DNA of 64,000 nt. It comes from an uncultured Phycisphaerales bacterium (GTDB taxonomy: Bacteria; Planctomycetota; B15-G4). Below, one piece after another: positions 1 to 9,193 of the stretch (position 1 is the stretch's first letter; each line of letters begins with the position of its first letter). The notes beneath the pieces are model-generated. The model saw only the letters and a program-made list of their open reading frames with translations, was not told the DNA's origin and made no database searches. The DNA lies in assembly GCA_964490005.1 (NCBI GenBank), contig CAZBBB010000002.1, forward strand, positions 7,299 through 71,298, in the 5' to 3' direction. A program made the translations under genes and the position numbers.

Positions 1-1383
1 CGTGATCGTGAGCTGTCCGTCGACGGCGGCGGGGACGAGGGGCGGCGCGACCGCGCTCGGCGCGGGCGGCTCGATCGACACGACCCAGACCTTGCCGGCC
101 GCGGTCGACGAGGCACCCACCTTGGCCCACGGCTCACCGACGACCCAGTCGCGATGGCCGTCGCCGTCGAGGTCGCCGCCCGCGGCGAGCGCCGAGCCGA
201 ACTCGCCGTCGGTGTCCGAGGTGAAGGCGTGCAGCAGCGTGCCGTCGGCGCCGCGGTAGATGCGCAGCGTGCCCGGCGCGGTCCCCAGCGAGTGGTGGTC
301 GGGCGCGCCGACGAGGAACTCGCTGCGCCCGTCGCCGTCGAGATCGCCGGCCGTGCCGACGGCCGCGCCGAAGCCGCTCACGAGGTGATCGTCGTGCACG
401 GAGTGGATCAGCGCGCCCGTGGCGCCCGACCAGATCAGCGCGGTGCCGATGCTGTACTCGTTGAGGTAGCGCGGCGAGCCGGCGATCAGGTCGGGCAAGC
501 CGTCGCCGTCGACGTCGCCCGCCGAGGCGATCGCTCCGCCCAGGCCGTCGCCGAGCGATCCGCCGATGAACTGCAAGCGCACGGCGCCCGTCGCGCCGTC
601 GTGAACGCGCACGTAGCCCGGCAGGTCGTCGGAGTACGGGTAGAAGGCCGGTGTCTGCGGCGCGCCGATCGCGTACTCCGCGCGGCCGTCGCCGTTCAGA
701 TCGCCGAGGCCCGTGAGCCCGAGGCCGAGCTGGTCGTAGTCCAGCGCGCCGTAGTGCGCGCGGATCAAGCCGCCCGTCGCGCCCGAGAGCACCCACGCGC
801 TGCCGGCCCGCACGTGGCCGTGCCAGGTGTGGTACCAGGCGCCGCCGAGCACGTCGGGCACGCCGTCACCGTCCACGTCGCCGGCCGCCGCCACGGTGAT
901 GCCGAACTCGGAGTACTCGTCCGTCACGGGCCGGTAGACGTGGATCGTCGCGCCCGTGCGTCCCGAGATCAGCCAGACCGCGCCGGCGCGATCCTCGTGG
1001 AAGTCGTCGCTCGGCGCGCCGACGATCACCTCCGCGCAGCCGTCGCCGTCCACGTCGCCGGTCATCGCGACCGACGCGCCGAAGGCGTCGTGGCCGAAGA
1101 GCGTCGGGAAGGGCGGGTCGGTGCCCTTGAGCACGTGCAGCACCGAGCCGTCGGCGCCCGAGACCACGAACACGCGGCCGTACCAGGTGTCGTCGTCGTT
1201 CATGCTCGGCGCGCCGATGACGAAGTCGGGCCGGCCGTCGCCGTTGGTGTCGCGCCCGCCCGCCACCGCGACGCCGAAGCCGTCCTGGTGGTCGAGGCCC
1301 TCGAGCGTCTGCTTGACGACCTGCGGGCTCGCCGGCGCTGCCAGCGCCGAGGAAAGCAGCAGCGCGAGCGCGCGGGCATCCAT
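1..1383 (-). CDS. FG-GAP/VCBS (integrin-alpha-like) repeat secreted protein, N-terminal part. The ORF runs off the left edge, which is why it is absent from the supplied track (no stop in window).
   Basis: Own translation of the minus strand from ATG at 1383..1381 gives MDARALALLLSSALAAPASPQ (signal-like). More than 440 stop-free codons follow, with repeated blades such as GDVDGDGCAEVIVGAP, GDLNGDGRAEYAIGAP, GDVDGDGLPDLIAGSP and GDLDGDGRSEFLVGAP. Confidence 0.75.
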   Translation of the reverse strand, partial: MDARALALLLSSALAAPASPQVVKQTLEGLDHQDGFGVAVAGGRDTNGDGRPDFVIGAPSMNDDDTWYGRVFVVSGADGSVLHVLKGTDPPFPTLFGHDAFGASVAMTGDVDGDGCAEVIVGAPSDDFHEDRAGAVWLISGRTGATIHVYRPVTDEYSEFGITVAAAGDVDGDGVPDVLGGAWYHTWHGHVRAGSAWVLSGATGGLIRAHYGALDYDQLGLGLTGLGDLNGDGRAEYAIGAPQTPAFYPYSDDLPGYVRVHDGATGAVRLQFIGGSLGDGLGGAIASAGDVDGDGLPDLIAGSPRYLNEYSIGTALIWSGATGALIHSVHDDHLVSGFGAAVGTAGDLDGDGRSEFLVGAPDHHSLGTAPGTLRIYRGADGTLLHAFTSDTDGEFGSALAAGGDLDGDGHRDWVVGEPWAKVGASSTAAGKVWVVSIEPPAPSAVAPPLVPAAVDGQLTIT

Positions 1384-1469
1384 CGCGGGGCCTCCGGGGC
1401 GTCGAGGTCGGACGCACCGTAGCACCGATCCGCCGAGCCGTCGACTCGCGCTGTCGCTGAGCCGCGCCC

Positions 1470-3365
1470 TCAGGGCGTCGTGGTCGTCATCGCGTTCGTC
1501 ATGGCCCAGCCGCAGGGCGCGCCCGGGTCGGGGAACAGGGCCTGTACCGTGATCGTCACGCCCGAGGGGATCAGCGCCGGCCAGACGAAGGGGATCTTCA
1601 CGAACCCGGCGACGTCGGTGAAGTTCACGAACAGCAGTTGCGGCAGGAAGGCCGCGAGCAGCCCGCAGTGGAAGGGGATGGCCGCGGGCGGCGCGAAGCT
1701 GATCACGAACCAGATCGGGTGGAAGGGCAGCGCGTCGGCCACTTCGAAGCAGCCGTTGTTCAGAGGGGCCGGATCACCGATCACATCGAGCGTGGGCAGG
1801 CCGTTCGTCCCCGGCGTCCCGGGCTCTTCGTACGAGACCCACGGCGGGCAGTTGATGAACGTCACGGTCGTGGTCTGGCCGTTCACGACCGTCACGCTGG
1901 CCGAGCCGCTCGCCGGCGACTTGGCCGTCCAGCCGGCGACGAGTTCTTCGCTCACCGTGTAGGTGCCGGCGGGCAGCATGAACATCACGCAGCCGTTCTC
2001 GTCGGTCGCGCCGGTGTCGCCGCTCGGCTGCACCTCGAACAGCCAGTCCGCGACCGCCGCGCCGCTCACGTCCGGCGTGCCGTTGCAGTCGGTGTCCTTC
2101 AGCTTGTAGACCGCCAGCAGTCCGAGCGTGGGGCAGTTGAGGAAGTCGATCGTCTGCGACGAGCCCGCCGTGACCACGACCGTCATCGACCCGGACGCCG
2201 GGTTGCTCGGTTCCCAGCCGACGTAGGACTTCTCGGTGATGGTGTAGGTGCCCGCCTCCAGCGTGATCGTCGCGTAGCCCGAGGCGTTGGTGTGGATGAA
2301 GAAGTTGTCGGGCGAGACGAGGAAGCCCCAGTCCGCCAGGGGCACGGAGGGGACGTCCTTGATGCCGTCGCAGTCGGCGTCGAGGAACTTGCAGACCGTG
2401 ACGGTGCCGGTCGTCGGGCAGTTGAGGAACTCGGTGCTCTGCACCGTGCCGGCCTCGATCGTCACCGGCAGCGTGCCGCCGGCCGGCGTGCCGAAGGTCC
2501 AGCCCGGCGGCGGCGTCTCGACCAGCGTGTAGTCGCCCGCCGGGACGGTGAAGTAGGCGTAGCCGGCCGCGTCGGTGGTCGCGACGTGATTCCCGGGTTG
2601 CAGCGTGAACGTGACGCCCGACATCGGCTGGGCCGGGAAGTCCTTCACGCCGTTGCAGTCGGCGTCCTTGAACTTGCACACGATCAGCTTGCCCTCGTCG
2701 GTGCAGCACAGCGGCGAGAGCATGATCGGCGTGCCCGGCGGCGAGGACGTGATGCTGCCCGCGAGCGAGAAGCCCATCGCGATGCCCGAGAGGTTGCGCA
2801 GCTCGACGCGCAGGCAGTGCTCGCCGGCCGCGACCGGCACAGTGACGTCGACCGACAGGGGCTCCTGGAAGCTGGCCGTGCTCGTGTCGGTCTGCGAGGC
2901 GATGAGCGTGTTGTCCAGGTACACGTCGCCGACGTTGTCGATGAGCAGGTCGAACACGATGCGCAGGTCGGTCGGCTCGCACACGCAGAAGCAGCGCTCG
3001 AAGGAGTACGGGGCCGCCGGCGCCCAGTTGTTCTGGTTGAATGCCGACGTCGAGTAGGCCGAGAGCCAACCGGCGCCGGGCAGGGTCGACCAGGCCGAGT
3101 GGGGCTCGATCACCCACCCGGGGCTGGGGACGACCAGATCGGTGTTCGGGCTCTCCACCAGCGTCCACCAGAAATCGGCCGCCACCGGGTCGTACAGCTC
3201 CGCGTTCAGATGGTCGTAGCCGGTGGAGATGTCGATCGTGTCCACCTCGCACCGCGGGTTGCCGCACTCGTCGAACACGGCCGACTGGCCGAAGGCGGGA
3301 GCGGCGATCGACAGCACACCAGCGGCCGCGACCAACGCGGCCCGCGAGAGCAGGCGCAGGGACAT
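1470..3365 (-). CDS. Secreted repeat protein with four tandem Cys-containing beta-sandwich-like modules (SdrD-B/Cna-B-like suspected), plus the C-terminal domain shared with three other proteins in this window.
   Basis: Track ORF 1470..3410. The internal Met16 (MSLRLLSRAALVAAAGVLSIAAPAFGQ) is a good signal peptide, so I place the start at 3365. Modules recur as CCTDEGKLIVCKFKDADCNGVKD, LNCPTTGTVTVCKFLDADCDGIKD, LNCPTLGLLAVYKLKDTDCNGTPD and FINCPP. Confidence 0.7.
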   Translation of the reverse strand: MSLRLLSRAALVAAAGVLSIAAPAFGQSAVFDECGNPRCEVDTIDISTGYDHLNAELYDPVAADFWWTLVESPNTDLVVPSPGWVIEPHSAWSTLPGAGWLSAYSTSAFNQNNWAPAAPYSFERCFCVCEPTDLRIVFDLLIDNVGDVYLDNTLIASQTDTSTASFQEPLSVDVTVPVAAGEHCLRVELRNLSGIAMGFSLAGSITSSPPGTPIMLSPLCCTDEGKLIVCKFKDADCNGVKDFPAQPMSGVTFTLQPGNHVATTDAAGYAYFTVPAGDYTLVETPPPGWTFGTPAGGTLPVTIEAGTVQSTEFLNCPTTGTVTVCKFLDADCDGIKDVPSVPLADWGFLVSPDNFFIHTNASGYATITLEAGTYTITEKSYVGWEPSNPASGSMTVVVTAGSSQTIDFLNCPTLGLLAVYKLKDTDCNGTPDVSGAAVADWLFEVQPSGDTGATDENGCVMFMLPAGTYTVSEELVAGWTAKSPASGSASVTVVNGQTTTVTFINCPPWVSYEEPGTPGTNGLPTLDVIGDPAPLNNGCFEVADALPFHPIWFVISFAPPAAIPFHCGLLAAFLPQLLFVNFTDVAGFVKIPFVWPALIPSGVTITVQALFPDPGAPCGWAMTNAMTTTTP

Positions 3366-3503
3366 GGAGGCGATCCGGAGCGGGGACGGCGGGCAGGATG
3401 CGCGCCGCACCGGCGGCGTCTCCGGCGCGGAACGTTAACCGGGAACCCGCGCGGCGCACAGGGTGCGCTTCGCGTGCGCGACGTTCGCGGTGCGCGGCTG
3501 CCA

Positions 3504-3555
3504 CGGGGGCCTTCTCGCCTCCGGCCACGTGACGCCTCCGGCTCAAAGGCCCCCG
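3504..3555 (-). repeat. E2 hairpin element, copy a (core in sense on the minus strand).
   Basis: 10-bp arms cgggggcctt / aaggcccccg (minus-strand reading) flank the 30-nt core GAGCCGGAGGCGTCACGTGGCCGGAGGCGA at 3515..3544. The core is identical to the copies at 59587 and 61744. Confidence 0.7.
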
Positions 3556-3585
3556 GGCGCGCCGCGGGGGACGCGCGCGTGCCGC

Positions 3586-3720
3586 TGCGCCTCGTGCGGG
3601 GGCTCGCGAACGGCAGCCTTTCGGGGGGCGGAGTGAGCGAGCCCCCGCACGAGGCGCCCGCGCCCACCGTGCCGCGCTACGGCTGTTGTCCTTCGCCGCC
3701 CGCCGCGCGCCTGGCCGCGA
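3586..3720. repeat. Direct repeat DR-A (135 bp). An orphan copy of the 3' end of the SGNH/TPR gene plus its downstream hairpin; left boundary of the CRISPR-cas block.
   Basis: Aligns base-for-base with 16472..16606 with 3 mismatches (by eye). On the minus strand it reads ...AARRAAGGEGQQP-stop, against the genuine gene end ...AARRAADGEGQQP-stop at 16563. It ends 2 bp before the csb3 stop codon. Confidence 0.85.
3587..3657. repeat. E1 hairpin element, copy a (inside DR-A).
   Basis: Perfect 21-bp arms gcgcctcgtgcgggggctcgc / gcgagcccccgcacgaggcgc surround the 29-nt centre gaacggcagcctttcggggggcggagtga. Confidence 0.75.
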
Positions 3721-3722
3721 GA

Positions 3723-4619
3723 TCACATCACTGCTGCGGGCTCGAAGGACCCATAGCCACCCTGATCGCTCCGCGCAATGCCACAACTAAACACGACGCC
3801 GATTCCTCGCGCCGTGCGTTCATCGCTACTCATGGCGACGCTGTCCAGGCGCGTGAGTGTGCGTACCATGTCGCGTGATAGTGGTTGCGTCCACAAGGCC
3901 CAGCGGAAGTGGCCAGCCTTCCATTTTCCTATGCAGCCGGTGGTCCTCACTCTCGACCCGACGGGTACCGTGGGGAGGCACGGCAGCCCGCGCAGTGCCA
4001 GCCAATCGGCGCCGGGCACGCCGAGCTTCTTGTCCGTGGATGGGTTCGATGCGCGGAGCGCGTAGGCCCGATCGGCTGTGGCATCCCAGCCCATGACCGG
4101 CAACGGGCTCACGCACAGCCACGGGCCGACGATAGCCTCACGAGTTTGGTCTGGCGTGACGCCGTCGCCAATTCTGCGAGCCATCTCGAGGAACTGCTGC
4201 TGGCCTGCCGTAAAGTGCAGCGCGCTAGGTTTCGTGTTGCCGTTGTTGTCGACGGCGACGTCTGTGCCGAACGCACTCGCCCAGTCGACGCCCCTGCGGT
4301 TTGCGGGGGAGCAGGTGGAGACGAGGGCTTGGAGGTAGGCGCGAAAGACCTCAGGAGGCGGCTTGAGGTCGCGCTTGCCCTCGTACTCGAGCGCGAGCGC
4401 CGGCTCCGAAGCGCAGGCAATCCTGTCTTCGTCAATCCACGCAACGATCTCGTCGATGGACGCATCGATGCCACTCAGGATGGGGCGCCATTGCCCGCTC
4501 TCATGCCAGTGCAGCCGGGCAGGCAGGCCGCGGTCCGAGAGCACTTCAAGGACGCCTAGCGCCGCGAAGTATCCCAGGGGGTTTCCGCCGTCGAGGCCGG
4601 TCAGCGTGATGCCGCTCAC
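3723..4619 (-). CDS. csb3: Type I-G/I-U accessory or large-subunit candidate (Csb3/Cas8u1-like, 298 aa).
   Basis: Last gene of the effector operon. Its GTG start overlaps the cas3 stop (GTGA). The assignment rests on position and size in Csb3-type I-U loci; I recognise no diagnostic motif (N-terminus MSGITLTGLDGGNPLGYFAALGVLEVL). Confidence 0.5.
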   Translation of the reverse strand: MSGITLTGLDGGNPLGYFAALGVLEVLSDRGLPARLHWHESGQWRPILSGIDASIDEIVAWIDEDRIACASEPALALEYEGKRDLKPPPEVFRAYLQALVSTCSPANRRGVDWASAFGTDVAVDNNGNTKPSALHFTAGQQQFLEMARRIGDGVTPDQTREAIVGPWLCVSPLPVMGWDATADRAYALRASNPSTDKKLGVPGADWLALRGLPCLPTVPVGSRVRTTGCIGKWKAGHFRWALWTQPLSRDMVRTLTRLDSVAMSSDERTARGIGVVFSCGIARSDQGGYGSFEPAAVM

Positions 4620-7549
4620 GCGGACCTCCGAGGCAACTGCTGCTCTTCCTCACTTCGGCGATGGTCGCCGAGTCGGAGCACGGTCTCGATCCATGCCAAT
4701 CCCCACCAACCGTAGCGCCGTACAAGCCGCCAGAACCGCTCACCTGCTCCCGAGTCGAGCCGGGCGAGTTCGTGGGCACTCGACGCGGCGACATCGATAC
4801 CATCGAGCGACCACAGCATGTCCACCGGCTGAGGGTCCGCGATCCATGGGGCGAGCGGCCTGCACCTGCCGTGGTGCGATGCGACGAGGTGCTGCACGAG
4901 GTCCCAGTCGTTTGCCTGAGACACGAGCCGATCTCCGGCGCTCTCCATGAGCGCGAGCGACATAAGTTCGTGCCGCGCACCGCGCGGGTACTTTGACCGC
5001 CGCTCGGCACGCTCCCTTGCGCGCCAGTCACTCATTGCTGCCGCGGACTTGGCGATTGGCTCGTCCTGCACGATCGCCTTGAATGCACTTCCGCCATGGA
5101 GCAGACGCTGGAACCGTGGATCGATCTTGCCGACGTCGTGCCATCGTCCGGCCAACCGCACATCGGCAGCGATTGCTGACGGAAGCTGCAAGCTGTCGGC
5201 AAACTGACCAGCAACATCGCGTACACCGGCCAAGTGCTCAACGAGAGGCACCTCGACGCCCGTGAAAGAAGCACGATCATCCTCGGTGCTCACCTCGCTG
5301 CCGTCAAAGCTGACGCGGCTGCGTGTGCTCACGACGAAGTACTCGCCGTCGGCGGGTTCGACACTGCGCGGGAGTCGCTCCACTCGGAGGCCTCGTCCAG
5401 AGGATTCCTTGGCGAGGGCCGTCAGCAGCCCAATGACTGCGGGCTCAAGATCGTTCGATAGCGTGCGTGAGAGCCATTCGCTCACGGCCTCTCGATCGTC
5501 GATGCTCTCTGCGTCGAGCGGGGCAGGCACCGGCGGGGCGGGCGCCGCGGCACCGAGCAGGTCGATGATGACTGCCGGGTGCATGCGCAGCACGGCCCGT
5601 CCGCGTTGCCTGAGCGACGTGACCTCTGCGGCGTCGACGATCGCCTCGGTCGCGCCCGGCGCCCACGTGCCGTTTGCGATGCCGCCATACGTGGACGGAA
5701 CGATCAACGTGTCGCCGGGTCGGATGCCCGACGGCTCCACGACATCAGACGCGTCGCCACGCCAAGCAATTGCCCGGCGCGTTGCTCGAACCTGATCAGC
5801 CTTCCAGTCGTCGAAAGTGACCTCACGAGATCCCTCGACATCAAAGGTCGGGGGCTCCGATCGGCCATCGAGCCAGCGGCGTGCCGCGGCAAACGGGACG
5901 GCCATGGCCTCTCCGCTGGCGGGCGTCACGGCGCCAATGGAGCCGAGCAGAACGTCGCGAGCAGCCACTGCGAGGCCCGGTTGCGTCTCACTGCCCGTCG
6001 CCTGCAGGACCTCGGCGCTGACGTCGGCGCGCCAGATGACCTGGACATCGGCAACGCCCCGGTCTGGTCCGTGCAGCCAGAGCGCGACATCCGGGTCGGG
6101 TGTCGGCTTGGGCGACGTCTGCACCCAAGCGTCGATGTGGCTCGGCAGCAGTACCGGAGCATGGGCCGCGGGTGAAAGCAGGCCAAGCTCGTCGGCATCG
6201 TGCGGTACGGATAGGCCACGGATGCCGAAGTCGATCGTGCCGTCCTTCCTGCCGCCGGTGAGTGCCGCCAGCCAAGCCCATGTCTTGCCAAGTGCATCTC
6301 CGTACACAGGATCGTCGCTCAACGCGTCGCTGCGAGCGACGATGACTCCTCGAGCCTCGTTGGCGTTCCGCCCAAGTCGATCAAGGCGGCCGAACCGCTG
6401 TCGCAGCGCGTCCAGGCTTGCGCACTCGGTGACCAGGCCATCGAAGTCGAGGTCGGCTCCGGCTTCGATGCATTGGGTTGCGACGACAATGATGGGAGGT
6501 GCGCTCGCATCACGCGCTCGGCTCGCGCTGATGCGCGGGATGATTCGCATCTCGAGTGCATTCCTGTCGACAGGTCGCATGCGACCGGTGATGAGGTGTA
6601 CGTCGATGCCTGCGAAGGCCGCCTTAAGCCGCTCGTGAATCTCGCGTGCAGCCGCGACTCGGTTCACGACGACCGCAACAGTGGCGCCGCGGCGCGAGAC
6701 GAGCGGCTTGACGGCGGACTCGATCTCATCAAGGAAAGACCTGGGTGTTGCGAGGACGAGGGTCGTCGGCTTCGAAGCCGAAAGCCGCCCAGCCAGGGCA
6801 GCATGGTTCTCGTCCTCGGGTTCGAGTCGAAATGTACCGGTCCGCGGTGTGCCCGGAGTGGCGGACATCTCCACGACGGTGAACGGACGCGGCAGCGGGT
6901 GGGTCGCCCACTTGCCGTACCGGTGACCGACGGCTTCGAGTGTCTCGCGAAACGGGCGTGAGAGGTGTACTTCGTCGAGCAGATAGAGCACGTCGTTGCC
7001 GAGCAGGCCGGCGTGGATGGGCTTCATCGTGTCGGAGACGCCGTAGCCGCGGAACAGCAGGCGGGAGCCGACTTGGTCGACGGTCGAAAGCACGATCAGT
7101 GGCTGGTCCGGACTCCGTGCCCATGTGTCATTGCGCGCGATTGCGCCCCTCAGCAGTACGGACCTCAGTGGTACGCCGTCGCGGCCGTAGCGCGCCAGCC
7201 GAGCACGAACGCGTGCCAGGAGTGGGGAAGCACCATTCTCAATGGCCTCCGTGATCCTCATAACCCGTTCATGCGCCTGATCGACGATCGTGCGTCGATC
7301 CACGACGTATACGATGCGAAGCGCCGCCGTGCGCGTGACCGCAGTCGCCTGCATCGCCAGTTGGAACACCGCAACATCGAGCAGTGCGGTCTTGCCGGTG
7401 CCGGTCGGCAGGTCGATGACCGATGGCCAGTCGTGGCCTGCGGCAAGGCGAGCGGAGAGCCTCGATTGCCACGGGAACGGGTCGTGCCCATGGACTTCCT
7501 TGAAGAACGCGGCAAACTCACTGGAGACGAGTGCGGCGGGCTCAGTCAT
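4616..7549 (-). CDS. cas3: Cas3 helicase-nuclease with a C-terminal HD domain (the type I-G/I-U arrangement).
   Basis: Walker A DLPTGTGKT, DEAH-box LLDEVHLS, C-terminal HD motifs HDVGKIDPRFQ ... ARHELMSL ... LVASHHGRCRP. I place the start at Met17 (MTEPAAL), which overlaps the csb2 stop by 8 nt; Met14 (7558) or the track start 7597 are alternatives. Confidence 0.9.
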   Translation of the reverse strand: MTEPAALVSSEFAAFFKEVHGHDPFPWQSRLSARLAAGHDWPSVIDLPTGTGKTALLDVAVFQLAMQATAVTRTAALRIVYVVDRRTIVDQAHERVMRITEAIENGASPLLARVRARLARYGRDGVPLRSVLLRGAIARNDTWARSPDQPLIVLSTVDQVGSRLLFRGYGVSDTMKPIHAGLLGNDVLYLLDEVHLSRPFRETLEAVGHRYGKWATHPLPRPFTVVEMSATPGTPRTGTFRLEPEDENHAALAGRLSASKPTTLVLATPRSFLDEIESAVKPLVSRRGATVAVVVNRVAAAREIHERLKAAFAGIDVHLITGRMRPVDRNALEMRIIPRISASRARDASAPPIIVVATQCIEAGADLDFDGLVTECASLDALRQRFGRLDRLGRNANEARGVIVARSDALSDDPVYGDALGKTWAWLAALTGGRKDGTIDFGIRGLSVPHDADELGLLSPAAHAPVLLPSHIDAWVQTSPKPTPDPDVALWLHGPDRGVADVQVIWRADVSAEVLQATGSETQPGLAVAARDVLLGSIGAVTPASGEAMAVPFAAARRWLDGRSEPPTFDVEGSREVTFDDWKADQVRATRRAIAWRGDASDVVEPSGIRPGDTLIVPSTYGGIANGTWAPGATEAIVDAAEVTSLRQRGRAVLRMHPAVIIDLLGAAAPAPPVPAPLDAESIDDREAVSEWLSRTLSNDLEPAVIGLLTALAKESSGRGLRVERLPRSVEPADGEYFVVSTRSRVSFDGSEVSTEDDRASFTGVEVPLVEHLAGVRDVAGQFADSLQLPSAIAADVRLAGRWHDVGKIDPRFQRLLHGGSAFKAIVQDEPIAKSAAAMSDWRARERAERRSKYPRGARHELMSLALMESAGDRLVSQANDWDLVQHLVASHHGRCRPLAPWIADPQPVDMLWSLDGIDVAASSAHELARLDSGAGERFWRLVRRYGWWGLAWIETVLRLGDHRRSEEEQQLPRRSA

Positions 7550-9191
7550 GGAAAGCATGCGGCCGGAGCAGGCCAAGGCCAAAGTAGCGCCCGGCACCTA
7601 GCAGGACCGGGCCGCGCACCTGCTCGCCAAACTCAATCCGGACGTGGCTCAACACGCGGCGGGTCCGCCTTTCCTCCTCAGGGAAACCCGGGTAGGACCG
7701 CGCCTTTGCCGACCCTGCCCATGGTGCTGCGGGCAGTATCTGGACGCTGACGGGTTCCGGGAGGCCGGTGCGCTGGCAGGCACGGCGCACCGTCGCTTCA
7801 GCCTCCACAATTGCAGCGGCAAGCTTTCTCGGGTCGCGGGAGCAGAGATCACCCGGGTTGCGATCGAGTGCGATCGGCGTGACCGTACTCCAGCTCGTCG
7901 AGGGCTGACACCACGTTGGCGGCCGCAGCGTCGTTTGCACAGTTGTCCACTCCACCCGCTCGAGTTCGAGCACTCCCGCAGGACCGAGTGTCAGTGGTAT
8001 CCGTGGCACTTCCTCATCTTCGATGCGGTGCGCACTTTCCCACGCATTCAAGGCGGCGAAGACCGCGCTACGGTCCCGGGGCGAGGCCTCTCTCGGAAGG
8101 ACGAGAGCGACACCGAGGATCGATCCAGATGCGTTGGCATGTCCGACGAAGGGAAGCGGCACGATCGCAAGGTGATCTCGCTCGGATGGGGCCCCTTTGG
8201 CGTCATGACTGGAGAGGACTTCCGGCACGTCGGTCCCTGCGAACGACAACAACGCCTTGCGCACCGCCTTTGCGACGCCGGCGCACGCGACACTGGAAGG
8301 GCTCGCGCCGCCGACCCGTCGGAGGACCAACCACTCCTCTGAGAAACAGGAGCGCGACGCGGTGGCCTCAACCTCGGGCGCACGCCTCGTATACGCCTGG
8401 AAGCGCGCGGGCATCACGCGAGGCTCGGCCTCTCGATGCAGGTCGTAGCTGGCATCGAGGGCCTCGAGTTGCCCCGCTCGGGCTGTCCTGAAGATCTCCT
8501 CGCCGTTCTTCGCCGGTCGCCAGGTCGGCGTGACCAGGTCATCGATGATTCGTGCCGCGACAAGGCTGGACGAGTGACCGAGTCGAACAAGCCGTGCGAG
8601 CAGGCCGTCAAGCGCACTGCGCTGCGATGCTGTCGGTTCAGCGCCGATCCAGACATAGGTCACTCGCGGCTCGGCTGGCGTCACTGATGGGAACGTACGA
8701 GGTTGGCGCACGCGACCCTCGGGAAGGACTGCGAGCCCCATGGCCGGGTTGGCGGCTCGGGTCGGTACCGCTATCTGTCGCTTGATTGCTGCGGCGAGTC
8801 TTGCTTCGGCCTTCATCGCTCGCGACTCAGCGGCCTTGATGGTCTTCGGCGGGGCCTTGGCTCTCGCCTCGTCGAGTTGGATTCTGGCCGCATCGAGATC
8901 ACGCGCCTCTTCATCGACATCCGTCATGCCCGCGTCGTTCACTGGGACAAAGACCGTCACGACCTCCCGACGGCTGGCCTCTGACGCTCGGATCGCCGGA
9001 GGCTCCAGGGCCTCAAGCCACAGCAGGGCCGCGCGCTCATCTGGCGATCGGGCCTCGCTCGCATAGTGCGTCGCTACCAGAGCAGAGTAGAGTCTCGCGG
9101 GATGCGGCGGCCACTCGGCATCGAAGCGCGAGTTGTACTTCGTTGCCACGTAGCGGCCGGTGAGGAACTCAACCTCTATCACCAACGGCAC
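7542..9191 (-). CDS. csb2: Csb2 (Cas5-Cas6 fusion RAMP, GSU0054 family) of type I-G/I-U.
   Basis: The N-terminus VPLVIEVEFLTGRYVATKYNSRFDAEWPPHPARLYSALVA matches the family hallmark (L.G.Y.A...EWPP.P.RL..AL). It has a GTG start 2 nt after the cas7 stop and is 549 aa long. Confidence 0.8.
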   Translation of the reverse strand: MPLVIEVEFLTGRYVATKYNSRFDAEWPPHPARLYSALVATHYASEARSPDERAALLWLEALEPPAIRASEASRREVVTVFVPVNDAGMTDVDEEARDLDAARIQLDEARAKAPPKTIKAAESRAMKAEARLAAAIKRQIAVPTRAANPAMGLAVLPEGRVRQPRTFPSVTPAEPRVTYVWIGAEPTASQRSALDGLLARLVRLGHSSSLVAARIIDDLVTPTWRPAKNGEEIFRTARAGQLEALDASYDLHREAEPRVMPARFQAYTRRAPEVEATASRSCFSEEWLVLRRVGGASPSSVACAGVAKAVRKALLSFAGTDVPEVLSSHDAKGAPSERDHLAIVPLPFVGHANASGSILGVALVLPREASPRDRSAVFAALNAWESAHRIEDEEVPRIPLTLGPAGVLELERVEWTTVQTTLRPPTWCQPSTSWSTVTPIALDRNPGDLCSRDPRKLAAAIVEAEATVRRACQRTGLPEPVSVQILPAAPWAGSAKARSYPGFPEEERRTRRVLSHVRIEFGEQVRGPVLLGAGRYFGLGLLRPHAFHD

Positions 9192-9193
9192 GA

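Noticed and set aside
154-1422. Long plus-strand ORF (422 aa) and other ORFs (134..796, 866..1417, 956..1552) overlapping the left-edge region.
   Set aside because: Their translations are Arg/Ala/Val-rich low-complexity sequence typical of off-frame or antisense reading in high-GC DNA. The minus-strand frame starting at 1383 gives a clean signal peptide plus FG-GAP blades.
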